Positions 12,976 to 25,455 are shown, counted from the first letter of the stretch. The stretch: DNA of 64,000 nt from Eledone cirrhosa (GCA_964016885.1 OZ024745.1:134540001-134604000); one strand, 5' to 3'. Notes: generated from the letters alone by a model not told the origin. Program-made: numbers and translations.

Positions 12976-13322
12976 GAGGCACATAGCTTAGTGGTTAGAG
13001 CATTGGCCTTGCAATCGAAAGGTTGTGAGTTCAATTCTCAGACTGGGTGATGTGTTGTTTCCTTGAGCAAGACACTTTATTTCACATTGCTCCAGTTTAC
13101 TCAGCTGTAGAAATGAGATGATAGGGACTGGGGTCCATATCATTTCACTACAAAGTGGTTGTGCAGGTGCCACGGCAAAAAAGCACCCATCACTCACTGT
13201 AAATGTGGTTGTTGTTAGGAAGGGAATCCAGCTGTAGAAATCAAGCCAGAATTAGTTCCCGTCCCACCCTTGCAAGCAGGGAAAAGTGGACGTAAAATGA
13301 TGATGATGATGATGATGATGAT
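12976..13322 (+). mobile_element. tRNA-derived SINE family B with RTE-derived 3' tail
   Basis: A box tagcttagtgg, B box gagttcaattc, core ccttgagcaagacactt, then RTE 3' UTR repeat and (GAT)n. Confidence 0.88.
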
Positions 13323-13324
13323 GT

Positions 13325-13886
<562 letters not shown>

Positions 13887-14914
13887 AGCAGTGGGGGAGG
13901 GTGCTCTGAAAGTACAGTAAGAGTCAGAACGGGATGGAAAAAGTTCAGAGAGCTTATACCACAATGGCCGCTAAAGAGTTCTCTCTAAAAGTGAAAGGCA
14001 GGCTGTATGATGCCTGCATACGAACAGCAATGTTACATGGCAGTGAGACCTGGGCATTGTGTGCAGAGGATATACGCAGACTGGAGAGAAACGAAGCTTG
14101 CATGCTCCGCTGGATGTGTAATAGTAATATACGTGAACGGCAAAGCATAAACGAGCTAAGGGAGAAATTAGGAATAAGAGGGATCAGGTGTTGTTTACTC
14201 GAGAGAAGACTACGTTGGTACGGTCACGTGATACGCATGAAAGACGACAGCTGTATAAAAAGGTGCAGGGCGATAAAAATAGACGGTAGCCACGGAGTAG
14301 GCAGCCCCAGAAAAACCTGGGACGACTTGATAAATTCCAACCTCACACTTACACCTCTCCAAGACAATGTCACTGGACCGAGATATTTGGCGCTACACAG
14401 TTATACAGAAGACCCGCCTTGCCTAAGTACAAAGCGAAACCTACAGTCAGTAGGCACCTCTAACAAAATAGCCCCCCACCCCCACCCCCTTAAATATAAA
14501 GTTATGTTGGTACCACAACATCCAGTCCGAAACAAATGAGGTTGTGTAGGTGTCGCGACAAAAAAAACACAGTCCACACTGTAATGTGGCCATGTAGGTA
14601 ACACGGTAAAAACCTCCCAGTACACACTGTAAACGTGGTTGGTGTTGGGAAGGGCACCCAGCCGTAGAAAACCCGCCAGACGTGTAGGTGTCACGACAAT
14701 AAAACACAGTCCACGCTGTAATGTGGCCGTGTCAGTAACATGGTAAAAACCTCCCAGTCCACACTGTAAACGTGGTTGGTGTTAGGAATGGCATCCAGCT
14801 GTAGAAAACCCGCCAGACAGTCCTGAGCAAGACAACCAATTTTGCCTCAAGTGGGACAATTCCCGTCCAGACCCATACTAGCGTGGAAAATGGACGTTAA
14901 ACGATGATGATGAT
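13887..14914 (+). mobile_element. RTE 3' fragment, near-identical to 6599-7530 in inverted orientation
   Basis: ORF 13934..14539 nearly matches the C-terminus of ORF 6992..8653; 3' UTR repeats and gatgatgatgat tail. Confidence 0.92.
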
Positions 14915-14991
14915 ATATATGTATAAATATATATATATATATATGTATAAATATATATGTGTATAAATATATGTGTATAAATATATATATG

Positions 14992-15026
<35 letters not shown>

Positions 15027-15084
15027 GTATATATGTATAAATATATATATGTGTGTATATATATATATATATGTATAAATATAT

Positions 15085-15115
<31 letters not shown>

Positions 15116-15122
15116 AATATAT

Positions 15123-15153
<31 letters not shown>

Positions 15154-15163
15154 AATATATATA

Positions 15164-15205
<42 letters not shown>

Positions 15206-15228
15206 TAAATATATATATATGTATATGT
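14915..15228. repeat. Long interrupted (TA)n microsatellite
   Basis: Same variant motifs (atgtataaat) as 13325-13886. Confidence 0.95.
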
Positions 15229-15229
15229 G

Positions 15230-16200
15230 GGAAAGTAAGAAATCGGAGAATAGACTGTTAAAACAGCACCTACGTACGTTTCGCCCAGTTGGGCTTCTCA
15301 AGGGCATAAATAATCAAGTGTTCCTTACATTGCTCGGAAAGAGTTTTTGGGGTTAAATCCACGTCAAGGTTCATTGCTCGCAAAAATAGCTTGTTTTGAT
15401 TTTGCAGCAGGTCAAGGGAGGTAACTCTGGCCAGTGTTAGGGCAGTCTTTCCCAGACATTTTTTTTATCTGCTAGGAGATGAGGTTACAACCTTACCATT
15501 GTCGATACGCATGTAATCAACGCTTATTTTGAGAGTTTTTTTTGCCGCATCTGTTTGAGTCATTTGAGGCTGGGTCTGGTATGCAAGGATTGTTTCCTGG
15601 GTGTTATTTTGCAGCGCCTGCCCGCCGGGGTATTAAGACTTGTTGCAGGGAGATCCGTTGCGCAGTTTCACTCCTCATCCTTAACCCATCTGAAGAAGGA
15701 TATTTTTAAGCGATGTGTACAACTTATCGCTGTTTCAGCTCTGCTGTTGATGAGCTCGTGGGGTGCAGTTATGATGTGGAAGAGCTCCATGAGGCAAAGA
15801 TCACATTTCCTCTTGAAGTTGTACGGTGCAGCCCTGCCGACAATCTCCCAGTGCATGGAGAAGCTAATGTTTAAGTCCTTTTGTGATGTGATGTAGTCCA
15901 CGAGCGAAGTGGAGTGTCTTAGTTTTCTATTTGTGAAAGAGTGAAGATGTGTTCGAAACCTAATTTTGAACGGGCCGGAGGTAGCCCCTATATAATGTTT
16001 AACGCTATTGTGGCTAGTAATAGTGCATCTATATATAACCCTATCAGTCAAGCAGTATCCTCTAAGGGGGCAGCGTCCTCTGTTGTGGCAGTTGCAATTT
16101 CTGTTGCGGTTCCGTCTATTTCCCACGGTAAGGCTATCATTGTTGCTGCCTACGTTGTTACCTACGCTACCGCAGCTGTCGTTAGCACCATTACAACCCA
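15230..16200 (-). mobile_element. Penelope-like element 3' fragment (GIY-YIG endonuclease plus 3' repeat region)
   Basis: ORF 15668..16201: CNCHNRGRCPLRGYCL, VIY..YIG, FKIRFRTH, CDLCLME, INSRAE; hammerhead motif downstream. Confidence 0.9.
15266..15306 (-). ncRNA. Minimal type I hammerhead ribozyme (U3-A8 variant core)
   Basis: Minus strand GCCC-UUGAGAA-GCCC(AACU)GGGC-GAAAC-GUAC-GUA-GGUGC. Confidence 0.72.
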
Positions 16201-16476
16201 CAGCACGCGGGGTGGTGCGATTATAGATATATATAGTGGACTGTTGAAGTGAACAGATGTGTTTCTATTGCTCTCTACCAAGTCAGTAGCAAGCTACACA
16301 GCTTTAAAGCCTATCTAACCGAACACATATATTTGTAACCATGTGCTTTTCCTACCAACTCGTAAGTACGTTTTCTTAACTACAAATTATTATATACTCG
16401 TTTTTCCTTGGATATCTTCAAATAACCAAATAACCAAAAACTATTAACATCCTCAAACAACCAAACTCACATCCAT

Positions 16477-16483
16477 AAGAATC

Positions 16484-16527
<44 letters not shown>

Positions 16528-16534
16528 GATTCTT
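16477..16534. repeat. Perfect 58-bp palindrome
   Basis: aagaatcgtgtg-(ta)n-cacacgattctt. Confidence 0.9.
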
Positions 16535-18546
16535 TAATTCTTCAAATAACCAAAGTCTCTCTCACGTATCAAATATCTTAAAACACACACAAGGGTAAAA
16601 AAAAAAAAAATATGACTACTGACCAAGCCCACAACGAACGAAATTGGTCTGAAAATTAAATTGACCTCTTAATAAACATGGTTTTCTCTGTTCCAAACAA
16701 TAAACATTAACGCGTCATGTCTGAATGAAATTGCTGAAAAAACAGCTCAAACATTTACCACGAGGTCTGCTAAGCAGATACACAACAAACTAAAACATGT
16801 AGAAGTCTCTTTCAAACTAATTCAAAACCATTTAGAAAAACTTCGACATATTTACTCCAATGGACAAACAACAACAACAACAGTCAGAAAATCAGGAGCA
16901 ACCACTACTGAATTCAAGCATAATAGCTGAATTACTGAATGACAGTATCCCTCAGCCATCACCACCGTCACCATCTTCTGCCACATCAACTGCTAGTAAT
17001 GGACCACTGTTCTCTCTCCCACCACAGTTGTCATCATCATCATCACCACTAATGCTTTCTTCCCCCACACCACCACCACAGCCATGCCATAGTCAAAAGA
17101 ACTTAAAAAACAAAATCTATGGAGCTGTACGCACCCCCCACTACACATACTAGAAACCCCAAAATATGCCGCTACTCACTACGCCAGAGGCTATGCACAC
17201 GTAGCGACTATATTTACCCATTTACCGGGTACTAGGCGCACTAACACTGCCAGCCAACACCAAAGCATGCTGCCTGCACGTATAGGTCACAGTCCCAAAA
17301 TCTGCCAACATTCCCAATGTGAGAGGCTATGTCTGCTGACTGACTGTCCCTTCACTCATCTTCCTGGGACACACCGCACGAACAGAAAACCTCAATAAAG
17401 CCACCCCCTGATGCGGTAATGCTGCTCCAGTCTCCTCACGAAGACATGATTACAACAACAAAAATAACGCTGCTCCAGTCTTTTCACAAAGACACAATTA
17501 CAACAAATACAACAACAACAAAAGAGGGAAATGCAACCCTATCCAATGTTTTAACCACAAATCCAATCAAAAACTGCTCCCTGAACAAAAAAATCTTTCT
17601 TTTTTAGCCATGAACCTGGCAAAAAAGATAGAGAAAAACATTTTAGCCATCACCGAACACCATCCTTGCTGTCACTAACACACAATCACAAAACAAGCCG
17701 CCTGCAACAGTCAAAACCAGCCACCACACTAGCCTCCACATTCTTACTCAATACACAAGGTATCAGCCTATCCATCAATGCACAGAAATGGAAGATCCAA
17801 TTCATTGAGGATTGGGGTAGTAACCATCTATTTCACATCCCCTTCTTCATTCTTACTGAGACCCACCTTGACAACTCCCACTTGGAGGCAGAAATAAGAG
17901 TGAGAAATTTCACAACCATCCGTGCGGATCGTGTTGGCAGAAGGAAGGGTTGAACTGCCATTTTTTGCATGATTCCTTTACGGCAGATGGTAACACAACA
18001 TTCTCTCATGGATACTGTGAATCAGTCACTGTGCACAATAAAGCCAATGACCTGGGCTTTATAGGCCACCACAAACACCCATCATCTGCTTCAAAGAATG
18101 CCTCAACAGTATTAAATGCTTTATTAAGCAGTGCCATTCTAGCAACATACTTTTGATGGGAGACTTTAATCTACCATGTATCGATTGGTCTACATGTAGT
18201 TTGAAACCAGGCTCCACAACCTCAACCACTGACAAAGAGGCTGTCGAGTCACTTCTTGACTTCATCAATGGGTTTTTCTTGTCCCAACTTGTCCTTGCAC
18301 CAACGAGGCATCAGAAGAACATTCTGGATCTAGTGTTTAGTAACCACACTAACACTATACATAATATTACAGTGGAAAAAACCCTTCTCTCAGACCATGA
18401 CATGGTTCTTTGTAACCTGAGATTCCACCAGCCGGAAGCTAATCCCAGGGTCCTCTTTCCAGCCCACCCATTTGATAACATGGATCTCTACAATGCCAAC
18501 TGGGATGCAATTATGAACGAACTATCACATGTCGACTGGTCTTTTA

Positions 18547-18600
18547 ACCCATGCTAGCATGGAAAATGGACGTTAAACGAAGATGATGATGATGATGATG
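18547..18600 (+). mobile_element. Extremely 5'-truncated RTE tail inserted in the CR1-like element
   Basis: acccatgctagcatggaaaatggacgttaaacg(gat)n matches RTE 3' termini elsewhere in the window. Confidence 0.8.
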
Positions 18601-18824
18601 ACACACTTCCACTAACATCAACACATCTTAGCAGATCTTTGTAGACACTGTCACAAATATATGTACAAAACACACCCCCACCAAAACCTGTGAACAAAAC
18701 CAAGTGCAGTATCCCCCAAAACAGAAAAACAATTATCAGAAAAATAAAAAGAACAAACAAAAAAATTAACACACTAGAATACTGCCAACAGCAACACACA
18801 TTCAATGGCTATCACCCTGCTTGA

Positions 18825-20443
18825 GTAAAAAACATATAACTTGAAAATGATTTACCAGTCAGATTAATTGCACCATCCAAAAATATTATAGACAGGGTAA
18901 TACAACAAATTATAAACTTACCTAATTTATCTTACTTAAAATTATGAGGTTATTGAATGGTTTAAAGAAATTAAATATAACTGTAATAATAAGTTTATTC
19001 AGCTGGATATTGCTAACTACTATTCATCTATCACTCCTAATCTACTGAATAAGGCACTAAATTACGCATTTAAACATACTAACCTAACTAGCAATGAAAT
19101 GCACATTATATTATTGGCAAGGAAAACATTGATAGAATTTAATAACCAACTCTGGACTAGGGCAGATAGAAATAATAATTTCGACATAACTATGGGATTA
19201 TCAGACTCTGCTCAGGTAACGGACCTTGTGGGCCTATTTATAATTAATTCGCTACATAGAAAAATACCAGGTGTAACCGGAGGATTATATCGTGATGACA
19301 TGCTTTTACTTATAGAAAATAATAGCTGTGAACTAAAAAGAAAACAAATTATACAATTTTTTAATTACCTTAATCTAAAAATAGAAATAGAGAATAACCA
19401 TAGAATAGTCAATTTTCTTGATGTAACACTAAATCTCAACACATGTTTTCACTATCCATTTCACAAACTAAATGAAAACTTGAATTATGTCAACTTTAAC
19501 TCTAATCACCCCAGATCTGTTAAAAATACTATAGTGAACTCTGTTCAAGAACGAATTTCAAGAATTTCATCTAATAAAAATATATTTGATGAAAAAGCGC
19601 AGTATTACAACGAAGCGTTAGGTAGAGCTGGATATAGAAATAAAATTAAATACATCGATAATAATAATAATAAGCAAACTAACCAAAATAATAACAATTT
19701 CAATTACGGTAACAACTTTAACAACTATAATAGAAAACATTACAATAATTCCAAAAGCCGAAAAAGAAATAGAACTAGAAATATATTATGGTTTGCTCCC
19801 CCTTTTCTCACTAAATATTAAAACCCCTATTGCTAAACTATTCTTTAAAGCTCTTGACACACGCTTCCCTAGAACACAAATATTACTCAATTTTTAATAG
19901 ACACACTATAAAATTAACTTACTCGTCCACCAAAAATTTAGCACAAAATATTAATAGAATTAATAATAGGAATTTAAAACCTAACCAAAATACCAATAAT
20001 AACCCAAACAATATTCAATTAAATAACTATAACTGTAGAAATAAATCTAACTGTCCGTTAAATAACAATTGCTTAGCTAAAAATGTAGTGTACAATTATA
20101 ATGTTAAAACTAATTTAAATTCATTTAACTATGTTGGTTCCACCTCTACAGAATTTAAATTTCGCTTCAATAATCATAAAAATTCTTTCACAGATCCAAA
20201 CAAAAAATCTTCAACTTCGCTATCTCGCCTACTATGGGACCTAAAACGAGATAATATTAAATATTCGATGAATTGGAATATTATTTCATAAGCTACTCCT
20301 TTTAATTCCTCTTCAGAGAATTGTGATCTTTGTATTGAAGAAATATTCTTTATATTAAAGTCCAAAAATTCCCTTAATCTAAGGAACAATTTATTCAGTT
20401 GCTGCAGACATAGATTGAACTCAACGTTTAAATATAAATTTTA
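18825..20443 (+). mobile_element. Penelope-like element: RT plus C-terminal GIY-YIG endonuclease, frameshifted and 5'-truncated
   Basis: PVRLI, QLDIANYYSSI, FDITMG, LYRDD, NFLDVTLNL, NHP; NCRNKSNCPLNNNCL, VVY..YVG, FKFRFNNH, CDLCIEE. Confidence 0.92.
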
Positions 20444-22719
20444 AATGTAGTATAAATAATTAAGTAATTTTAGTTAATATATGGAACCTGTCGATAAATC
20501 ACTAGATTCCTTCACCTTTTCCTTTTTAAACTTTCTTCCTAAATATAAACAAGGATATAATAAACTACTCTAAAATGTCTATACTTCCAATGTATTAAAT
20601 AAAATATACGTAAGGTAAATTTCTATACTAAATATAAGGTTATCTGTAGAATCATTGGGTTTTTTTAAATCTTTTAAATTATTTTTATTTATTTGTTTTG
20701 ATTATGATAGCTTCTCATAACTTTCATATGTCTACCCTTTCAATATCTTGATTGAGATATACGTAGGATAAATTTCTATACTAAATATATAAAACATATT
20801 ATTTTAACTTAAGATTCTCTGTAGTGTTTTAAAGATATTTAATGCTTTGATATTTCTAGATTTCTTTTGTCTATACTGATATAGCTATTTTGTTATGGTT
20901 ATGTTTACAAGTTATAATCCTTTAGTAATATATTGATATTTGATTATCTCTATGCAAATGCATATGTGTATATTAACATGCATAAAAAGTGTTATAGATT
21001 TTTTTGTGTCTATATATGTCTGTATATATACATGAGTGATGCGTGACGACGCACGCAAATATTTATTTATACATATGTATGTGTATATATGTATGTGTAT
21101 ATATCTATGTGGTTGGGAGGTATGTTGCAGATATGCATAATATTAAACACATGAATGGTAATCGTATATATGAGGACATGAATGTTAATCGTAGATATTT
21201 GTATGTATATACTGTGAAATTTTTATAACATAAAGAATGTATAGCAGTGATTAAGAGAAATCATTTATGTTTTGTATGGCTATATTGTTGGCTTGAGTAA
21301 ACATAATTTCTATTTTCAGGACGTGCGTATCTATATGTATATATATATACATATATATCTGTATGTCTTTGCATAAAATACTGATTTCTATAGCAAGGGT
21401 ACATTTTTGAACTCAGATTTTGATATATTGATCTCAAGTTTCTAAACTAGACATATAGTCATTATTGAACAATGTTTAATTTCTCATATTATATATATAT
21501 GTCCCATTCATGAATATTGATACTTATATTTTTATTATTCATTTCATATAAATTGTTAACTCAACTTAATATGACATGACATAAAGTTTTCATTGCCCCC
21601 CCCCCCTCTCTATATAATATTTCTCTCTCTTGAGTTTTTTTCTCTCTGTATGATGACTTGATATCTCTCTGTTGCTTTCCTTTGTTTTTCTTATTTCTTC
21701 CTTTTCTTTCTTTTTTATTTTTTATTTTTTATTTATCCTATGGCGAAGCTCTTAATTCTTTTGTAACCATATTTATGAGATACATTGCCCATGCATTCTA
21801 TTTAGAATACCATATCTCTTCATGTCGTAAGATGCAACTAAAACTGTTGGTGCCAGGAATGATATCCAGGTGTAAATCATCCCAGAAAGATCCCATGTTG
21901 AGTATAAAGACTGTCATGAGGCTAACACCTGCCTCAACAGTGAAATGGCCCTATTTCTTTTAAGATATATTGTTTATGTATGTCAATTGATTTTAAAAAT
22001 ACTGAATTAAGAGGGATTTAGTGAAATAAGTTATTTTTTATTTATAGCTTAGTCCGAGCCACTGAAACTTGTGTATGTGTGTGTTGCAGGGTGGAGTATC
22101 CTCACATCGGAGACCTAGTTTGAATGCTTTCAACAGAGTGGGCTCTGCTAAATGCTTTTATTGTTAACATACCATGTGTATTCTGGTTTTTAAAATAAAT
22201 TACATTGTATTCCTGCTTGTAAGAAGCGACTAAAAGGCTTAAATGCCAAGCAGAGTTCTAATACATCACTTCAAAAAAATCCAGTCTAACCCATGCTATT
22301 ATAGAAAAATGGATGAAAGAAATGACAATGTTATTTATATTCATTTGTGTCATAAGAGGCAAATAAAGGGGTTAATGCCAAGAAGGGCATCAATCTCTGC
22401 CTCAAAATGGATCCCATTGATGAGTATGAAGTCTGTTGTGGGGTCTGCAAAGTTAACACCTGCTTTAGCAAAAAAATAAACCTTAAAACTCTTGTTTTTG
22501 TTACTCATTTTGTCCCTTATATCAGCATTTTAAGCCCGTTTTCCATGCTTACTTGGTTTGGATGGGTCATCAAGGTGTGAGATAAGACCTCCTTAGTGCT
22601 GGTACCACTAAGCCCGGTGCACTCAACAGTGTGGGCATGTGAGATACTGTCCTCCAACCTGTCTGAGAGATCAGTGGAGAGAATGGATGTTGAATTACGA
22701 TGACATTTAATCTTGTCAC

Positions 22720-22965
22720 TCCAGATAGGGCATGTGGTTAGAATGTCTCAGGAAAGAATTGCTGGACAGATTTTACGGGCAAAACCAACAGGTAGGAGAC
22801 CCAGGGGTAGCCCTGAGCATTGATGGTTGGATAACATCCATGAGCTTGGCTGGTCTCGCTTGGGGATCCAGCCGGATCAGTTAGAGATGGTTGCTTTTGA
22901 CAGACCCACTGGAGGGGGTGTTTGAGGACCCACAACCCTCTCAGGAATAAGTGGGAGAAGAAGAT
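22720..22965 (+). mobile_element. 3' end of a second RTE family
   Basis: GHVVRMSQERIA..ILRAKPTGRRPRG..WLDNIHEL; homologous to 57100-57330 (-). Confidence 0.75.
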
Positions 22966-23006
22966 TTTATCTTGTTTTCATGTTTATTTTTCTTCTCTTT
23001 GTCTAG

Positions 23007-23275
23007 ACAACATACCAGTCAAGCCAACCAGATATAGCATGTCTGTGTTTGGAGGTTGTTGGCAAATTTATATCCTGGATAGATATTAACCTTGTTGCTA
23101 ATGAGCAGTTTGTTACTGCACTGCTGACCTTCTTGAACTCACCTCAACTGAGAGAATGTACCTGTGATTGAATTTATGAAATCATATCAAAAGGTATGGA
23201 ACCTGTAGCAAAACCAAATTAATAGAATCATTTGCTACTGTTCTTAACAGTGCTGGTGTGATGTGTCCCAATGAG
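23007..23275 (+). CDS. XPOT: XPOT exon (TTYQSSQPDIACLCLEVVGKFISWIDINLVAN...; contains TGA and frameshift)
   Basis: ag/gt flanks; 269 nt where 270 is needed to keep frame. Confidence 0.85.
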
Positions 23276-23542
23276 GTAGGATTTTTTTATTTTTTTATCT
23301 GTATTATTATTATTGGTAGTATTTATATTGTTACTAGCATCTCCTCCCCTCTCTCTTGTTTTAACTATCATGTCTGTTAACATCATCAACTTCTTTATTC
23401 CATCACCCTCTCCATATCAATACTGCACCCTACCATTAGCTTTTGTTATGTCAGTTAACTGTTCATTATCAGTAATGTCTGTAAATGAATATTACTGTTT
23501 TAAATAATGTTAGTGAAGTAAATCTATTTTGTTATCCTCTAG

Positions 23543-23622
23543 GATGAAGAAGGGGACTATATAGCTAAACTTGCCAAGCTGGTTAATGGAATGGGCCAAA
23601 ATCTGTTCTCTTGCTATCAAAA
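23543..23622 (+). CDS. XPOT: XPOT exon (DEEGDYIAKLAKLVNGMGQNLFSCYQK)
   Basis: ag/gtaagt flanks; KLVNGMGQ motif. Confidence 0.9.
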
Positions 23623-23655
23623 GTAAGTATTTTGATAATCCTTATGATAATAATA

Positions 23656-23832
23656 ATTGTTTCTACTTTAGGCACAAGGCCAGAAATTACCCAGTGTATT
23701 ACTGGTACTTTATTTTATCGACCCCGTAAGGATGAAAGGCAAAGTCAACCTTGGCGGGATTTGAACTCAGATCGTAAAGGGACGTAACTATGCTGGAAAG
23801 CATAGCGTCCGACCCTCTACCGATATAGCCAG
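23656..23832 (-). mobile_element. SINE family A
   Basis: Similarity to other copies. Confidence 0.85.
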
Positions 23833-23928
23833 TGTATTTGTCTGTCACGCACTAGAGATGACTGAGGAAGTAAGGGGTGATGACAAACTACAGAAAGCAG
23901 CATCTAACATCCATTACACCTGTGTATA

Positions 23929-23977
<49 letters not shown>

Positions 23978-24978
23978 CAAATTGGCTACACACACTGGCT
24001 ATTATGATTGAGTGTTTGTGTAAATAATATTTATATATGATGTGTGTGTTTATTTAGAAAGATACATAGGCAATAGAATTACAAACACATATATATAAAT
24101 AGACACACTTTGAAAAAATAATTATGACCTACACACACATCTATTTGAGGAAGGAGGGGGTAAGAAACTGTAGAAGTCCAGCGTTCTAAAATTTATTACA
24201 GTTGTGTGAGTGAGCATGTATAGACATTAAAATTAACTGTCATTTTTTACGGCATGGGGCCAGCTAGTTTTATATATCCTTCCTAGCAGGGGAAATAGGC
24301 ATTAAATGCTGATGATGATGATGATCTGAGTGTTTTCAGTATGTTGTGACATTTGAGCCTTTTGATACCAACCTATCTAAGTTCCCATATAAAACCAACC
24401 ATTTTAATATGTTCATATTTAGATTAAAATTGCCCATTTAAATTTTGTTCCAAACAGCAGCATACTAACAACAAAATTTTATTATATATCCAAATTTTTT
24501 AATATTTTGAAATAAATTATACTTATTTTGAAAAAATGTTTCTCAACAAAAATATTGTAATTATTGTTCCCTTCAAACATTGTCTTTAATAGACCTTGCC
24601 CTACTATATAATATTTAATATCATACTGTTGCCCTACTATATAATATTTAATAGACATACTGTTGCTCTACTATATAATATTTAATATCGTAATTCTTTT
24701 TATCATCATTTTACGTCTACTTTCCATGGTAGCATGGGTCGAACAAGTTACGGACCAGATCAGTTCTTTTTGTCCTTCTAGATAGGTCAGTGGGACCATG
24801 TTTTGTTTGTATGTGCCTGTTGGATGCCCTAATCCTAACACTAACCACTTTATGCTGAAAATAAATTTGTTGAATTATTTAATCCATGGTTTTAGAAACT
24901 AAGGAAGTGTTGTATGTGAGTGATTATATCAGTTGTGAATGTTTTTGTATCAGTTGTGAATGTTTTTGTATCAACATC

Positions 24979-25185
24979 TTAACCCTTTATCATTTAAACC
25001 AGCTGTATCCGGCCAGAATTGTCTCACCTCTTTCTGTTCAAACCAGCTATAACTGGCCACTCATACTGATGTTAAGGTATTGTTTTCAAAATAAATAACA
25101 TCAAAAATCTCAAAGATTCGATATTATGTGAGATAAAGCCTTTACCTTAAAAATACAATATGTAATGTAAATGCTAAAGGGTTAA
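24979..25185. mobile_element. piggyBac-type MITE
   Basis: TTAA-CCCTTTA...TAAAGGG-TTAA; body shared with other copies. Confidence 0.82.
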
Positions 25186-25455
25186 AAAGCAAATGATGTT
25201 TATGTACCCTATAAACATGTTCTACAGTGTCACTGTTGAATATTCATCAGCAGTATATACCCTAATCGTAACTCGACTAAAAAAAAAATAATGTATGGGT
25301 TTAGTGTAAGGAAGTGCATCCAGCTGTAGAATATAGCCTCAAAAAGTTTCATACTGCCTATGCCAACATAGAAAAGCTGGCAATAAACAATTATGATGAC
25401 ACTAGTATTACATATGTAAGTAACTCAACAGATGTTTTTCATTTATTTTCTTCAG

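Larger units (their letters stand above)
16300..18825 (+). mobile_element. 5' half of a CR1/L2/Jockey-like LINE: decayed ORF1 with CCCH-like fingers and APE endonuclease; RT absent
   Basis: PKICQHSQCERLCLLTDCPFTHL; LTETHL, RADR..RKG, MGDFNLPCIDW, PTR..NILDLVF, SDH motifs (ORFs 17666 and 18153); 5' boundary approximate. Confidence 0.8.

Noticed and set aside
12976-13050. tRNA gene
   Set aside because: A and B boxes are present but there is no good cloverleaf or terminator, and it continues into a SINE body; same for 52600 and 59690
16860-17153. Gln/Ser/Pro-rich ORF as a host gene
   Set aside because: Lies within the decayed LINE ORF1 region upstream of the APE domain, with no splice support
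23169-23171. In-frame TGA aligned to a conserved Cys in XPOT, suggesting selenocysteine, plus a loosely SECIS-like string at 49023-49060 (cTGA-N11-AAA...GA)
   Set aside because: A frameshift follows about 14 codons later and another lesion occurs downstream; the putative SECIS lacks the AUGA start and its helix II pairs poorly; XPOT is not a known selenoprotein. A nonsense mutation is simpler.
23169-23215. Rescue of the XPOT lesions by A-to-I editing
   Set aside because: Editing would give Trp rather than Cys and cannot repair indels
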